Assembly (NCBI GenBank): GCA_040902005.1
Contig: JBBDYA010000099.1
Location: 68,132 to 90,221, forward strand
Reading direction: 5' to 3'
Length of the DNA stretch: 22,090 nucleotides
Source: Gemmatimonadaceae bacterium
Lineage (GTDB): Bacteria; Gemmatimonadota; Gemmatimonadetes; Gemmatimonadales; Gemmatimonadaceae
Below, in pieces: positions 7,841 to 16,588 of this stretch. The position numbers and the translations under genes were made by a program. The stretch's first letter is position 1, and each line of letters begins with the position of its first letter. Under the pieces are notes generated by a model. It was not told the origin of the DNA, did not search any database, and saw nothing but the letters and a program-made list of their open reading frames with translations.

Positions 7841-8449
7841 GTGGCGCATCCTGCCTTGAAGCCGGACATCGAACGGGTTGACGCTACCGACGACGCACTG
7901 GCGGCGCTGGTCCGCCGGCAGCTCGAGCTGCTGGGCGAGGATCCCGACCGGGAAGGGCTGCTCAGGACGCCGGAGCGCGTGGCGGCGTCGCTCGCCTGGC
8001 TCACGCGCGGCAGCGTTCTGGACGCGCGCGACGCGATCGGCGACGCGCTGTTCGACGAGACGCACGAGGGAATGGTGATGGTGCGCGACATCGAGCTGTA
8101 CTCGATGTGCGAGCACCACATGCTGCCGTTCTTCGGCAAGGCGCACATCGCGTACATCCCCGCCGGTCGGATCGTCGGGCTCTCGAAACTGCCCCGGATC
8201 GTCGAGGTGTACTCGCGGCGCCTTCAGGTTCAGGAACGCCTCACCGAACAGGTGGCGCAGGCCATCGAGGACGTGCTGCAGCCGCGCGGCGTCGGCGTGG
8301 TGATCGAGGCCGTGCACCTGTGCATGATGATGCGGGGCGTGGAGAAGCAGAACTCGCGCACGATCACCAGCGCGTTACGCGGCGTGTTCCGCGACTGCCC
8401 GATGACGCGCAACGAATTCCTTGGGCTGGCGCACCAGCGCCCGGCCTAG
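7841..8449 (+). CDS. folE: GTP cyclohydrolase I (type IA)
   Basis: '[16 protein letters not shown]', '[12 protein letters not shown]', 'GLSKL.R', 'RLQVQERLT' and 'HLCMMMRG'. SD GGAGGA precedes GTG 7841. Confidence 0.97.
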   Translation: MAHPALKPDIERVDATDDALAALVRRQLELLGEDPDREGLLRTPERVAASLAWLTRGSVLDARDAIGDALFDETHEGMVMVRDIELYSMCEHHMLPFFGKAHIAYIPAGRIVGLSKLPRIVEVYSRRLQVQERLTEQVAQAIEDVLQPRGVGVVIEAVHLCMMMRGVEKQNSRTITSALRGVFRDCPMTRNEFLGLAHQRPA

Positions 8450-8467
8450 CACCAGGCACGGGACCCC

Positions 8468-8800
8468 TCACGCGCGCGCGCCGCAGCTGATGCAGTAGGC
8501 GGTTTCCGGCACGGCGAGCAGCCGGCCGAATGGAATTCCCTCACCGCAGACGGCGCACGTCCCGTACGTGCCTTCCGCCAGGCGCATCAGCGCCGCGACG
8601 ATGGCGGCGTGGCGAGCGTGCGCGCGCGATTGCAGCGCCACCACGACGCCGCCGTCCGCGGACGTCGGATCGAGCACCGGCGTCGGGTCGGCGTCCCTGG
8701 ACAACTCGGGCATCGAACGCTCCAGCCGTCGACGCTCGGCCTCCAACTCGGCGTTGAGGTCGCGCAGCTGTGCGCGCGTGAGCTTGCTGGTCTGCTTCAT
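8468..8800 (-). CDS. TraR/DksA-family C4 zinc-finger protein
   Basis: 'AL.RL.EGTYGTCAVCGEGIPFGRLLAVP....CISC'. Strong SD GAGGAGGAG before ATG 8800. Confidence 0.9.
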   Translation of the reverse strand: MKQTSKLTRAQLRDLNAELEAERRRLERSMPELSRDADPTPVLDPTSADGGVVVALQSRAHARHAAIVAALMRLAEGTYGTCAVCGEGIPFGRLLAVPETAYCISCGARA

Positions 8801-8825
8801 GGCACACTCCTCCTCGGATAAGCAG

Positions 8826-8860
8826 ATCGCCCCACCTGCGTGAAGGGCAGGTGGGGCGAT
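8826..8860 (-). terminator. Perfect 14-bp hairpin in the dksA-like leader (attenuator/terminator-like)
   Basis: ATCGCCCCACCTGC-7 nt-GCAGGTGGGGCGAT, followed on the minus strand by a weak CUGCUUAU tail just before the SD. Confidence 0.55.
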
Positions 8861-9083
8861 GTCCATCGTCCCGTGCGAGACGGGAGCGTTACCGCGTGGT
8901 GCCGGCTCCCGGAATCTCGATCCTGCGCTCCTCACGAGCGGCTGTGGCGCTGTGCCGCGTTCCCCATCGAAGGCCGTACAGGCGACCGTTCTCCAGGCGC
9001 TGGCGTGCGCGACGTTTGCAATCCATGGTCACGAGCATCGATCCGGTGCGGGTGCGGTTACTTAGGAAATCCTGACTGTCCGG

Positions 9084-9112
9084 AACCTATCCCGGGCGGA
9101 CGCGAAAGTCAA
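9084..9112 (-). promoter_or_regulatory. Sigma70-type promoter for the dksA-like gene, implying a ~275-nt leader
   Basis: TTGACT-17 nt-TAGGTT. The -35 lies inside the inverted repeat CCGGGCGGA(9092-9100)/TCCGCCCGG(9116-9124). Confidence 0.65.
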
Positions 9113-9240
9113 CGCTCCGCCCGGCGCATTCCACGGGCGGGGAATTGCAACATTGGGGCCGCTGGCATCGCGCACCCGCCCGACGAAGGAATTCGGTAGT
9201 TTTGGCGGGCCCACCGGGTCTCCGCCACTCCGATTGTCGC

Positions 9241-10272
9241 ATGCCACATCCTGCCTCGTCCCCTTCCCCGTCGCCGCACTGGGCCGCGCTCGCCCTCCTC
9301 CTTGCTACCTGCGTGCCGCCGCAACTGGCAGCGAATCCCGCCGGCCTCGATCGCGGTGCCCTGCAGCGTGACGTGAATGCCATCGCCGCGCGCGCGCGCC
9401 CCGCCACGATCGGCGTCGCGGTGCGGGACCTGGCCACCGGCGATACCTGGTCGTTGAACGGAGCGCGGCGCTTCCCCATGCAGAGCGTCTTCAAACTCGC
9501 CCTTGGCGCCGTCGTCCTCGCGACGGTGGACCGCGGCGCGCTGTCGCTCGCCGACACCATCCGGCTCACGACGGCGGACTTGTCGCCGCCCTACAGCGCC
9601 ATCAGCGCGCGATTCCCGGCTCGGACGGCGTACACGGTGGAGGAACTGCTCGTCGCCGCGGCGGGCGGATCGGACAACACCGCCGCGGATGTCCTGACGG
9701 CGCGGGTGGGCGGCCCGGCGGCGGTTACCCGGTGGCTCGAGGCGAATGGCGTTTCCGACCTGCGGGTGGATCGCTATGAACGCGAGTTTCAGATGGAGCT
9801 GAGCGACATGCCGCCATTTCGCCCGGAATGGCGCACGGACTCCGCGTTTCTCCGGGCGCTGCATCTGGTGCCCGCCGAGCGCCGGCGCGCGGCGGCTGCG
9901 GCGTACCTCGCGGATCCGCGCGACACGGCGACGCCCATCGCCTCCGTCGGCTTTCTCGAGCAGCTCGTGCTGGAGCACCTGCTCTCTCCCGCCTCGACCG
10001 CGCGATTACTTCGCATCGCCACCGAGACCACGACCGGCGCGCGACGCATCCGGGCGGGAATCCCCGCCGACGCCACACTCGCGCACAAGACGGGCAGCGC
10101 GCGGCCGGATCTCGGGGTCACCCCCGCGATCAACGACATCGGTGTCGTGACCTTCGTTGATGGTCGTCGCGTGATCCTTGCGATCTATCTCGCCGGCAGC
10201 ACGCTTCCGTACCAGCAGGCGGAGTCGCTGCTCGCGGACGTGACCCGCGCGGTGATTGCTGCGCTCCGTTAA
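9241..10272 (+). CDS. bla: Class A serine beta-lactamase with extended omega loop
   Basis: Signal peptide, 'RFPMQSVFK' (SxxK), 'SDN', 'DRYERE' (E166 region), 'DPRDTATP' and 'HKTGS'. Start placed at ATG 9241. Confidence 0.92.
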   Translation: MPHPASSPSPSPHWAALALLLATCVPPQLAANPAGLDRGALQRDVNAIAARARPATIGVAVRDLATGDTWSLNGARRFPMQSVFKLALGAVVLATVDRGALSLADTIRLTTADLSPPYSAISARFPARTAYTVEELLVAAAGGSDNTAADVLTARVGGPAAVTRWLEANGVSDLRVDRYEREFQMELSDMPPFRPEWRTDSAFLRALHLVPAERRRAAAAAYLADPRDTATPIASVGFLEQLVLEHLLSPASTARLLRIATETTTGARRIRAGIPADATLAHKTGSARPDLGVTPAINDIGVVTFVDGRRVILAIYLAGSTLPYQQAESLLADVTRAVIAALR

Positions 10273-10284
10273 GCGCACAGGCGC

Positions 10285-10357
10285 TTCGTCCCACGCGCGG
10301 GCCGGATGGTCCATCGCGACCGCCGGCGACGCCGCTGTTCGTCCCACCGTTCGTCCC
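10285..10357 (+). repeat. Three TTCGTCCC direct repeats, possible regulator binding sites
   Basis: TTCGTCCCAC at 10285 and 10338; GTTCGTCCC at 10337 and 10349. Confidence 0.5.
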
Positions 10358-10420
10358 TGATGTGACGCGCATGACCCATGGCGGAGTATCAGGGAGTAGA
10401 GACCTTCACCGGAGCGGATT

Positions 10421-10915
10421 GTGGCAAACACGATGTGGTCGAGGAGCGGTGCCCTCGTCATCACGACGATCGCGGTATTCTTCGCTGCCTGCGCAGGTGA
10501 TCCGATTGCGCCCGGCGGCTCCGTGCTCCAGGGACTGGTCGCGGGGGAGAGCAACGACACGAGCAGCACGATACCGCCGCCCACGAACCCCACGCCCGGC
10601 CGCTTTCATGGCTTCGTGATCGGCCACGGCACGTTCCCGGACACCATGGCGACCGCGCCGCGGCTGGCCAACGTGAGGGTCACGATCTATCCGCATCTGG
10701 GTTGGCAGGGCGACGTTCCGACCATCGGAGCGGAAGCCGGCTCGGTGACGACGGACGCAAACGGTGCGTTCCAGGCGCCAACCTTGCCCGGCGGGGACTA
10801 TGTCGTGACGTTCGTGCCGCCTCAGGGCAGCGTATATGGCGGCACGTACGTGCGCACCACGGTGCACGCCGGCAGCGACGAGGGCAACTGGTGGGTCATT
10901 CTCCCGCTGACGTGA
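10421..10915 (+). CDS. Hypothetical lipoprotein with carboxypeptidase-regulatory/prealbumin-like beta domain
   Basis: Lipobox 'FFAAC' and 'VTTDANGAF....LPGGDYVVTF' motif. GGAG upstream; the start could be ATG 10433. Confidence 0.75.
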   Translation: MANTMWSRSGALVITTIAVFFAACAGDPIAPGGSVLQGLVAGESNDTSSTIPPPTNPTPGRFHGFVIGHGTFPDTMATAPRLANVRVTIYPHLGWQGDVPTIGAEAGSVTTDANGAFQAPTLPGGDYVVTFVPPQGSVYGGTYVRTTVHAGSDEGNWWVILPLT

Positions 10916-10934
10916 CGCGACGGAGGACGCGTGC

Positions 10935-13622
10935 CTAATCGGCACGCATCGCGATCTGTGGGTCCACCGCGAGGGCGCGCCGGACGGGAACCACGCAGGC
11001 CAGCACGGCAATGACGATCAGGACCGCCGTGCCTCCGGCGAATGCGAGCGGGTCCGTCTGCTGCACACCGTACAGCGTATGCGCCAGCAGTTTCGTCCCC
11101 AGGCGCGCCGCGACCAGTCCGGCCACCGCGCCAAGGACCACCATGAGCAGCCCCTGCGACAGGATCTCGCGCGCCACGCGGCGCCGCGACGCGCCGAGGG
11201 CCATGCGGATGCCAATCTCCCGGGTGCGCTGCGCCACGTTGTACGCGAGGACGCCGTAGAGCCCCACCGCGGCCAGTGCGACCGCCACCGCGGCGAAAAT
11301 ACCGAGGAGGAGCATGGTGAATCGCGGGCGGGCCATCGTGGAGCGCATCGCGTCTTCCACCGCCTGCACGCGCGGCGGTGGCAGGAGTGGATCGACGGCG
11401 GCAGCGATGCCCGTCAGCGCCTGCACCACCGGCGCACCGCCGGACGCGCGCACCAGCAGCGCCGGGCTGAAGAATGACGCGTCGTCGTGGGCACCGTAGA
11501 GCATAGGGACGTTTGCGTCGCGCGTGACCCCGACGGTCGATGCATTCGCGGCGACGCCCACGATGGTCTTCCAGTCGCCGCTCCCGCCGTAGACCACGCG
11601 CACCCGTCGACCGATGGCGGACCCGTCGGGCCAGAGCTGCTGTGCCATCCCTTCGTTCACGATCGCCTGCGCGCCCGCCGCGGTCGTGTCGGTGAAATTG
11701 GTGCCCTGGACGATGCGAATGCCCATGACCGTGAAATAGTTGGAGGCCACGCTGTTGTACGAGATCAGCGCCGTCGTTCCCGCCGGCGGGTCAGGATCGC
11801 CATCGCGCTGGAGTGCGCCAAGGAGATAGGTGGTTGAGAGCGGTGCCGCCGACGCGAGGGTCAGAGCGTCCACGCCAGGCATGGCGCGCACGCGCTTCAC
11901 CAGTTCCGACCGGAACGCCACCTTGGCAGCCGCGCTCGTGTACCGCTCCGCCGGCAGGCGCGGCTCCAGGGTATACAGGCCGCGGGGATCGAAGCCGATA
12001 TCCTTGTGTCGCAGGTGGCTCACACTGCGCAGCAGCAGGCCCGCGCTGACCAGGAGCACCGTGCACAACGCCATCTCGCTCACCACCAGCAGCGAGCGCG
12101 CGCGCCCACGACGTCGGCTGCCGGACGTCGCCAGCGCACCCGCTTTGAGGGCCTCATTGGTGGAATGGCGCGCCGCGTGAATCGCCCCGGTCACCCCGAA
12201 GAGAAGCCCCGTGGCCACCGCGATCGCGGCCGTCAGCAATAATGTGCTTCCGTCCATGCGCACCGACGCAAGATCGGCGAGCGCCTGCGGGCGCGCCGCG
12301 ACGAGCGCCCGGAGCGCCGCCCATCCGACGACGATGCCCCCAAGGCATCCCGCGAACGACAACAGCAGACTTTCCGTGAGGAGTTGGCGAAACAGCCGGC
12401 CCGTGCCCGCCCCCAGCGCCGAACGGATCGCGAGCTCCCGCTGTCGCGCCGCGGCGCGCGCGAGCAGGAGATGCATGACGTTGGCACACGCGATCAGGAG
12501 GACGAGCGCCACCGCCGCGCTGAGCAGGACCAGCGAGTCCTTGAAGGACACCATTTCCGCCGGCGCCATCAGCTTCGCGTTGTAGCCCGCTTGCACCACG
12601 GCGCTCGTCTGCGCGCCAGCCGCGATCGCATCCAGCTCACGCTGGGCCGCGTCCGGCAACACGCCCGGGGACAGGCGGGCGACCAGGCGCATATGGATTT
12701 CGTCGCGCACCGGATCGATCGGCATCCACAGGTCGACATCGCCATCATTGGTGCGCGGCAGCGCCAGCGCGTCGGGCATGACGCCGATGATTGTCACCGG
12801 CGTGCCGTTCACGCGAAGCGTGCCGCCAACTAGCGCGCGATCGGCGCCAAAGCGCGCGCGCCACGTGCCTTCGGCCAGCAACCCGACGTTCACGCCGTCC
12901 GTGGCTTCCTGGTCCGTGAACAGCCGGCCGACGATCGGGCGCTGACCAGCGAATGCACCGAAGCTCGGCCGAATCCTCCCGACCCGCGCCAACGCCGGCG
13001 TGCCGGCGCCACGCTCGAGCAACACATCCGTGGTCGCGTACGGCTCCAGTGCCTCGAGCGAGCGCGCGTTGTCCCGCCACGCCTCGACCAGCTTCGCGTC
13101 CGGTGTCACCATGACCAGCTGGTCCTTGGGCGCTCCCTCTGTAGGCACCAGGAACAGCGCGGCGATCCGATCGGCGTTCGGGTACGACAGGGGATTGAGC
13201 AGCAGGTGATTGACCACGCTGAACATCGCCGAATTCGCGCCGATCCCGACCGCGAGCGTGAGGATCGCCACCGCCGTCCACCCCTTGTTGCGGCCAAGGG
13301 ACCGGACGGCGAAGCGCATGTCGTGGACGAAATGATCGATGAGCTGGGTGCGTGTCATGCGACGTTCCCTTCGTGTGGTGATCGCGACGCACGTCTCGCG
13401 CGCCGTGGCCAGATTCCCAAGGCGGTGCGCCGTGGCCGCGCGTGCCTCGGCCTCCGTCATGCCGCAGGCCATGTACTCCCCCACCCGCATCTCGACATGA
13501 AAGCGAAGCTCATCGTCGAGGTCCGCCGCGCCGCGCGGCCCGAAGAACCTCAGATATCGCCGCCAGGTTCTGGCGTGCTCCGCGCGCGGCGGTGCTGCCT
13601 GCTGCGGATCGACCACGGTCAT
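10935..13622 (-). CDS. Duplicated orphan ABC permease (ADOP; MacB/FtsX-like)
   Basis: N-terminal 'DDELRFHVEMR' prefix, 'LTLAVGIGANSAMFS', 'VLLIACANV..LLLARA..RQRELAIR.ALGA' and second-half 'GLYGVLAY.V.QRTREIGIRMALGA'. No ATPase domain. Confidence 0.95.
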   Translation of the reverse strand: MTVVDPQQAAPPRAEHARTWRRYLRFFGPRGAADLDDELRFHVEMRVGEYMACGMTEAEARAATAHRLGNLATARETCVAITTRRERRMTRTQLIDHFVHDMRFAVRSLGRNKGWTAVAILTLAVGIGANSAMFSVVNHLLLNPLSYPNADRIAALFLVPTEGAPKDQLVMVTPDAKLVEAWRDNARSLEALEPYATTDVLLERGAGTPALARVGRIRPSFGAFAGQRPIVGRLFTDQEATDGVNVGLLAEGTWRARFGADRALVGGTLRVNGTPVTIIGVMPDALALPRTNDGDVDLWMPIDPVRDEIHMRLVARLSPGVLPDAAQRELDAIAAGAQTSAVVQAGYNAKLMAPAEMVSFKDSLVLLSAAVALVLLIACANVMHLLLARAAARQRELAIRSALGAGTGRLFRQLLTESLLLSFAGCLGGIVVGWAALRALVAARPQALADLASVRMDGSTLLLTAAIAVATGLLFGVTGAIHAARHSTNEALKAGALATSGSRRRGRARSLLVVSEMALCTVLLVSAGLLLRSVSHLRHKDIGFDPRGLYTLEPRLPAERYTSAAAKVAFRSELVKRVRAMPGVDALTLASAAPLSTTYLLGALQRDGDPDPPAGTTALISYNSVASNYFTVMGIRIVQGTNFTDTTAAGAQAIVNEGMAQQLWPDGSAIGRRVRVVYGGSGDWKTIVGVAANASTVGVTRDANVPMLYGAHDDASFFSPALLVRASGGAPVVQALTGIAAAVDPLLPPPRVQAVEDAMRSTMARPRFTMLLLGIFAAVAVALAAVGLYGVLAYNVAQRTREIGIRMALGASRRRVAREILSQGLLMVVLGAVAGLVAARLGTKLLAHTLYGVQQTDPLAFAGGTAVLIVIAVLACVVPVRRALAVDPQIAMRAD

Positions 13623-13963
13623 GCGGAGCGCGGGGAGGTTTCCAGCACGCGCGACACCGCCGTCGCGAAGCGCGCCCAGTAGTCGTGCGAGGCGCGCAGT
13701 TGCTTCTTCCCCGCCGTGGTGAGCCGGTAGAACTTGGCGCGGCGGTTGTTCTCGCTGATGCCCCAGTCGGCGACGATCAGTCCGGCGTCCTCCATCCGGT
13801 ACAACGCGGGATAGAGCGACCCCTCCTCCACGGTGAGGATGTCATCCGTACACTGCTCGATCCAGCGCGCGATCCCGTAGCCGTGGGCAGGCGCCCACGA
13901 CAGTGTCTTGAGGATCATGAGGTCGAGCGTACCCTTCAGGAATTCGGTGGACTGATCAGCCAT
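13619..13963 (-). CDS. PadR-family transcriptional regulator (acidobacterial type)
   Basis: 'GTLDLMILKTL...HGYGIA...EEGSLYPALYR...SENNRRAKFYRLT..G'. ATGA overlap with the permease. Confidence 0.95.
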   Translation of the reverse strand: MADQSTEFLKGTLDLMILKTLSWAPAHGYGIARWIEQCTDDILTVEEGSLYPALYRMEDAGLIVADWGISENNRRAKFYRLTTAGKKQLRASHDYWARFATAVSRVLETSPRSA

Positions 13964-13987
13964 GAGACCCGGAGCGCGGGAACGGTA

Positions 13988-14034
13988 CCCCTAGAACCTC
14001 ACGGTATATACCTATGTGTTCTAGGGGAACGCAA
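13988..14034 (-). promoter_or_regulatory. Putative tandem PadR operator overlapping the padR promoter
   Basis: 40-bp dyad CCCCTAGAAC-N5-GGTATATACC-N5-GTTCTAGGGG (13988-14027). Minus-strand TTGCGT-18-TATATA. Confidence 0.7.
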
Positions 14035-14050
14035 CCCCCCCCACCCCCAC

Positions 14051-14605
14051 CTACGGGCGCTGGCGGGCGCGCACGGCCTCGACGAACGCCTGCGCCTCGG
14101 CCTCGCGAAAGCGATTGCTGTCCTTGTCGCCGTCCACCTTAATGCTCCCCAGGAGCGGCTCATCCCTGCGGGAGTCCTTCCACTGCACGACCAGGCGGCC
14201 ATTGTCGTAGCGAATCTCCCGCATGTCGTGCACCGAGTACACCACGCGGGTGCCGATCTTGTCGGCCACGGTCTCCTTCACCATGCGCGCAATACTGCCG
14301 CCCAGGCCCGTGGTCTCGCCCTCGGCGGACTGTGCAAGCTGGCCGCGGACCTTCGCGACCGTCTGGGGTGAGAGCCCGGCGGTGATCTGATCGCCGAGGA
14401 GGATCAGGTCCACGGTACTGTCCACGTTGAACAATTGCATATCACCGGGACCAAGTGCCGTAACGGCCGGCGCATCCATCGTGACCGTCACGCGCCCGTC
14501 ATGCGTCACCCGGCGCATCAACCAGCCGGCCACGAGCCCGAAGGCGAGCACGATCAGGCCGACGCGGACGATCCTCGAGACGATCCTTCGCTGAGCAAGT
14601 TCCAT
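14051..14605 (-). CDS. Hypothetical membrane-anchored protein
   Basis: 184 aa with a single N-terminal hydrophobic helix and genome-typical codon usage. No family recognised. Confidence 0.75.
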   Translation of the reverse strand: MELAQRRIVSRIVRVGLIVLAFGLVAGWLMRRVTHDGRVTVTMDAPAVTALGPGDMQLFNVDSTVDLILLGDQITAGLSPQTVAKVRGQLAQSAEGETTGLGGSIARMVKETVADKIGTRVVYSVHDMREIRYDNGRLVVQWKDSRRDEPLLGSIKVDGDKDSNRFREAEAQAFVEAVRARQRP

Positions 14606-14685
14606 GGGCGTGGGGTGACGGGTACCGCGATCTTAGCATCACGGTTGTCGGGAGGCCACCCTCACGGGACATCCGATTGACGCCG

Positions 14686-16431
14686 CTACGGGCTGGCCGC
14701 CGAGAGACGCCTGACATGCGCGGCGAGATTCCGCACCCGCTTCGCATCGCTGGCGGTTGCCGCGTCGCGGTCGATACGGGCGGCGAGTTCCGTCAGCGCG
14801 GCTCGACGGGGCGCGCCGCGCAACGCTTCCGCGCGCGTCAGTTCGCGATCGACCTGCTCGGTCCAGCTGCGTCGCAGGCCGTCGCTCCGCACCAGCCCGT
14901 CGAGGTACGCGCGCGCCACCACGAATCGCGCCGGCCATACGATCGGCGTCTGGTTCTGCGCGTTGAAGATCGTGTCGCGCACCAGCGCCGCCGCGGCGAT
15001 CTCGTTCTCGGAAAGAAACTCGCTCGGTGCCAGCGTGAACACGTCGAGGCCGCGGCCGATCTCGGATGCGTAGATGTGGCCGTTGTACCAGTAGGTGCTC
15101 CAGTACCCGCCAAGGACGAGCGTCGTATCCATCGGCCCCCGATCGAAGAACGCGATCTCGAACGGCCGGGCAGGATCGGTGAAATCGAACACCGAGATGC
15201 CCCCCTGGTACCACGCCTGCGCCATGATGTCGCGCCCCGGTACCGGAATGAGCGACCCATTGTGCGCCACGCAGTTCTCGGCGTCCGTCTGCGGCGCCGG
15301 CAGCTTGTAATAGCTGGCGAAGCGCAACCGATGTCCCACGCGCTCGAAAATCGCATTCGCTCCCCACTCCCGACGGTCGGTTGCCAGGCAGTGTGGTGCC
15401 ACCCCACCCCCCCACTCATCGGTGAAGAGCACGGTGGAGCCATCGTTGCTGAACGTCGCCGAGTGCCAGTAAGCGAAATTCGGATCGGTCACTTCGGCCA
15501 CGCGCCGCGGGCTGGCGGGATCGCTGATGTCCAGCAGGATGCCATTGCCGGAGCAGGCGCCCGCGGCAAGGCCGATCTCCGTGTACGCGGTGATGTCGTG
15601 ACACTGATCGGTGACCTCGGTGAACTGCGTCCCCGGCCCGTGAAGTCCGCCCGCCCAGAGTCCCGCGATGTTTCCCGTCGAGTCGGCGAAAATGCGCGGC
15701 GCGTTGACGATCCGCGCGTTCGCCGGCGCGGCCAGCGGAACGCGGATCACTTCGATGCGGAAGTACGCCGTGGTGGTGTCGTCTCCGGGCGAACGGTCGG
15801 AGCAGCCCGCCAGCTCGGCGGCGGGGCGCACCGGGCTCGTGCCCGCGACGTAGACGTAGACATGCGACGCATCGCGCGGGTCGGTCACCAGCGTATGCGT
15901 ATGCGATCCGCGGCACGTCTGGACGGCCGCGACCTGCACCGGACGATCGATGTTGCGCACGTCGAAGATGCGAACGCCACGAAATCGCGCCGCGCTCACC
16001 GTGTCCTCCACGCCCTGGGCGCCGCAGTCCACCCGGCCGCGTGTTTCCTCGACCGACATGAACAGCAGGTGCCCGTGCACGGACACGTCTCCCTGGCCAC
16101 CGGGACAGACGATCGTGGACCGGACGCGGGGATCCGCGGGATGGGTAATGTCCCAGATCTGCACGCCGTGGAAGCCGCCGAGAAACAGCCGGTTCCCACT
16201 GAAGGCGAGATCCGCATTGGCGACGCCGAAGTCGCCCGGGTTGTTCACGTTCACGAACGCCGCCGGACGCTCGCGATGCGCAACGAGCGTGAGGTTCCTG
16301 ATCGCCTGTCCGGCATCCGTCCAGCCGGCGCGCAGCCCCACGCGTGGGTCCGGCGCCGCGGGCGCATCCTGCGCGCCGAGGCTGGTGGCAACCGAGGCCA
16401 TGGCGGCGAGCAACAGGATGTGCGTCTTCAT
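14686..16431 (-). CDS. Secreted LVIVD-repeat beta-propeller protein
   Basis: Signal peptide from MKTH (ATG 16431). Repeats 'GVQIWDITHP', 'GVRIFDVRN', 'GILLDISDP' and 'ISVFDFTDP', plus 'GSHTHT', 'CHDIT' and 'NCVAHNG'. Confidence 0.88.
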   Translation of the reverse strand: MKTHILLLAAMASVATSLGAQDAPAAPDPRVGLRAGWTDAGQAIRNLTLVAHRERPAAFVNVNNPGDFGVANADLAFSGNRLFLGGFHGVQIWDITHPADPRVRSTIVCPGGQGDVSVHGHLLFMSVEETRGRVDCGAQGVEDTVSAARFRGVRIFDVRNIDRPVQVAAVQTCRGSHTHTLVTDPRDASHVYVYVAGTSPVRPAAELAGCSDRSPGDDTTTAYFRIEVIRVPLAAPANARIVNAPRIFADSTGNIAGLWAGGLHGPGTQFTEVTDQCHDITAYTEIGLAAGACSGNGILLDISDPASPRRVAEVTDPNFAYWHSATFSNDGSTVLFTDEWGGGVAPHCLATDRREWGANAIFERVGHRLRFASYYKLPAPQTDAENCVAHNGSLIPVPGRDIMAQAWYQGGISVFDFTDPARPFEIAFFDRGPMDTTLVLGGYWSTYWYNGHIYASEIGRGLDVFTLAPSEFLSENEIAAAALVRDTIFNAQNQTPIVWPARFVVARAYLDGLVRSDGLRRSWTEQVDRELTRAEALRGAPRRAALTELAARIDRDAATASDAKRVRNLAAHVRRLSAASP

Positions 16432-16520
16432 GGGGATATCCCGATGGTGTGGGTCAAACGATAGCGTGGCACATGGTGACACATAAAGGTAGGCGTCGCC
16501 CGCGCGGCCAGACCCCTGGA

Positions 16521-16565
16521 TTGACATCTGCCTCCCCCACGCGATACTTAAGTGAACTAGGTATC
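16521..16565 (+). promoter_or_regulatory. Promoter and putative PadR operator for the second padR
   Basis: TTGACA(16521)-16-GATACT. Inverted repeat GATACTTA-N7-TAGGTATC (16543-16565). Confidence 0.7.
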
Positions 16566-16588
16566 CCACCACTTCTGCCCATTGCCCG

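Noticed and set aside
8826..8860. Hairpin as REP/MITE or CRISPR repeat
   Set aside because: Single copy in the window; no spacer array, cas gene or transposase.
14035..14050. C-rich tract (G-rich on minus), possible G-quadruplex
   Set aside because: Too short, with only two clear runs; no supporting evidence.
14677..16464. 595-aa plus-strand ORF
   Set aside because: Antisense shadow of the LVIVD gene; Arg-rich with no motifs, typical of high-GC DNA.
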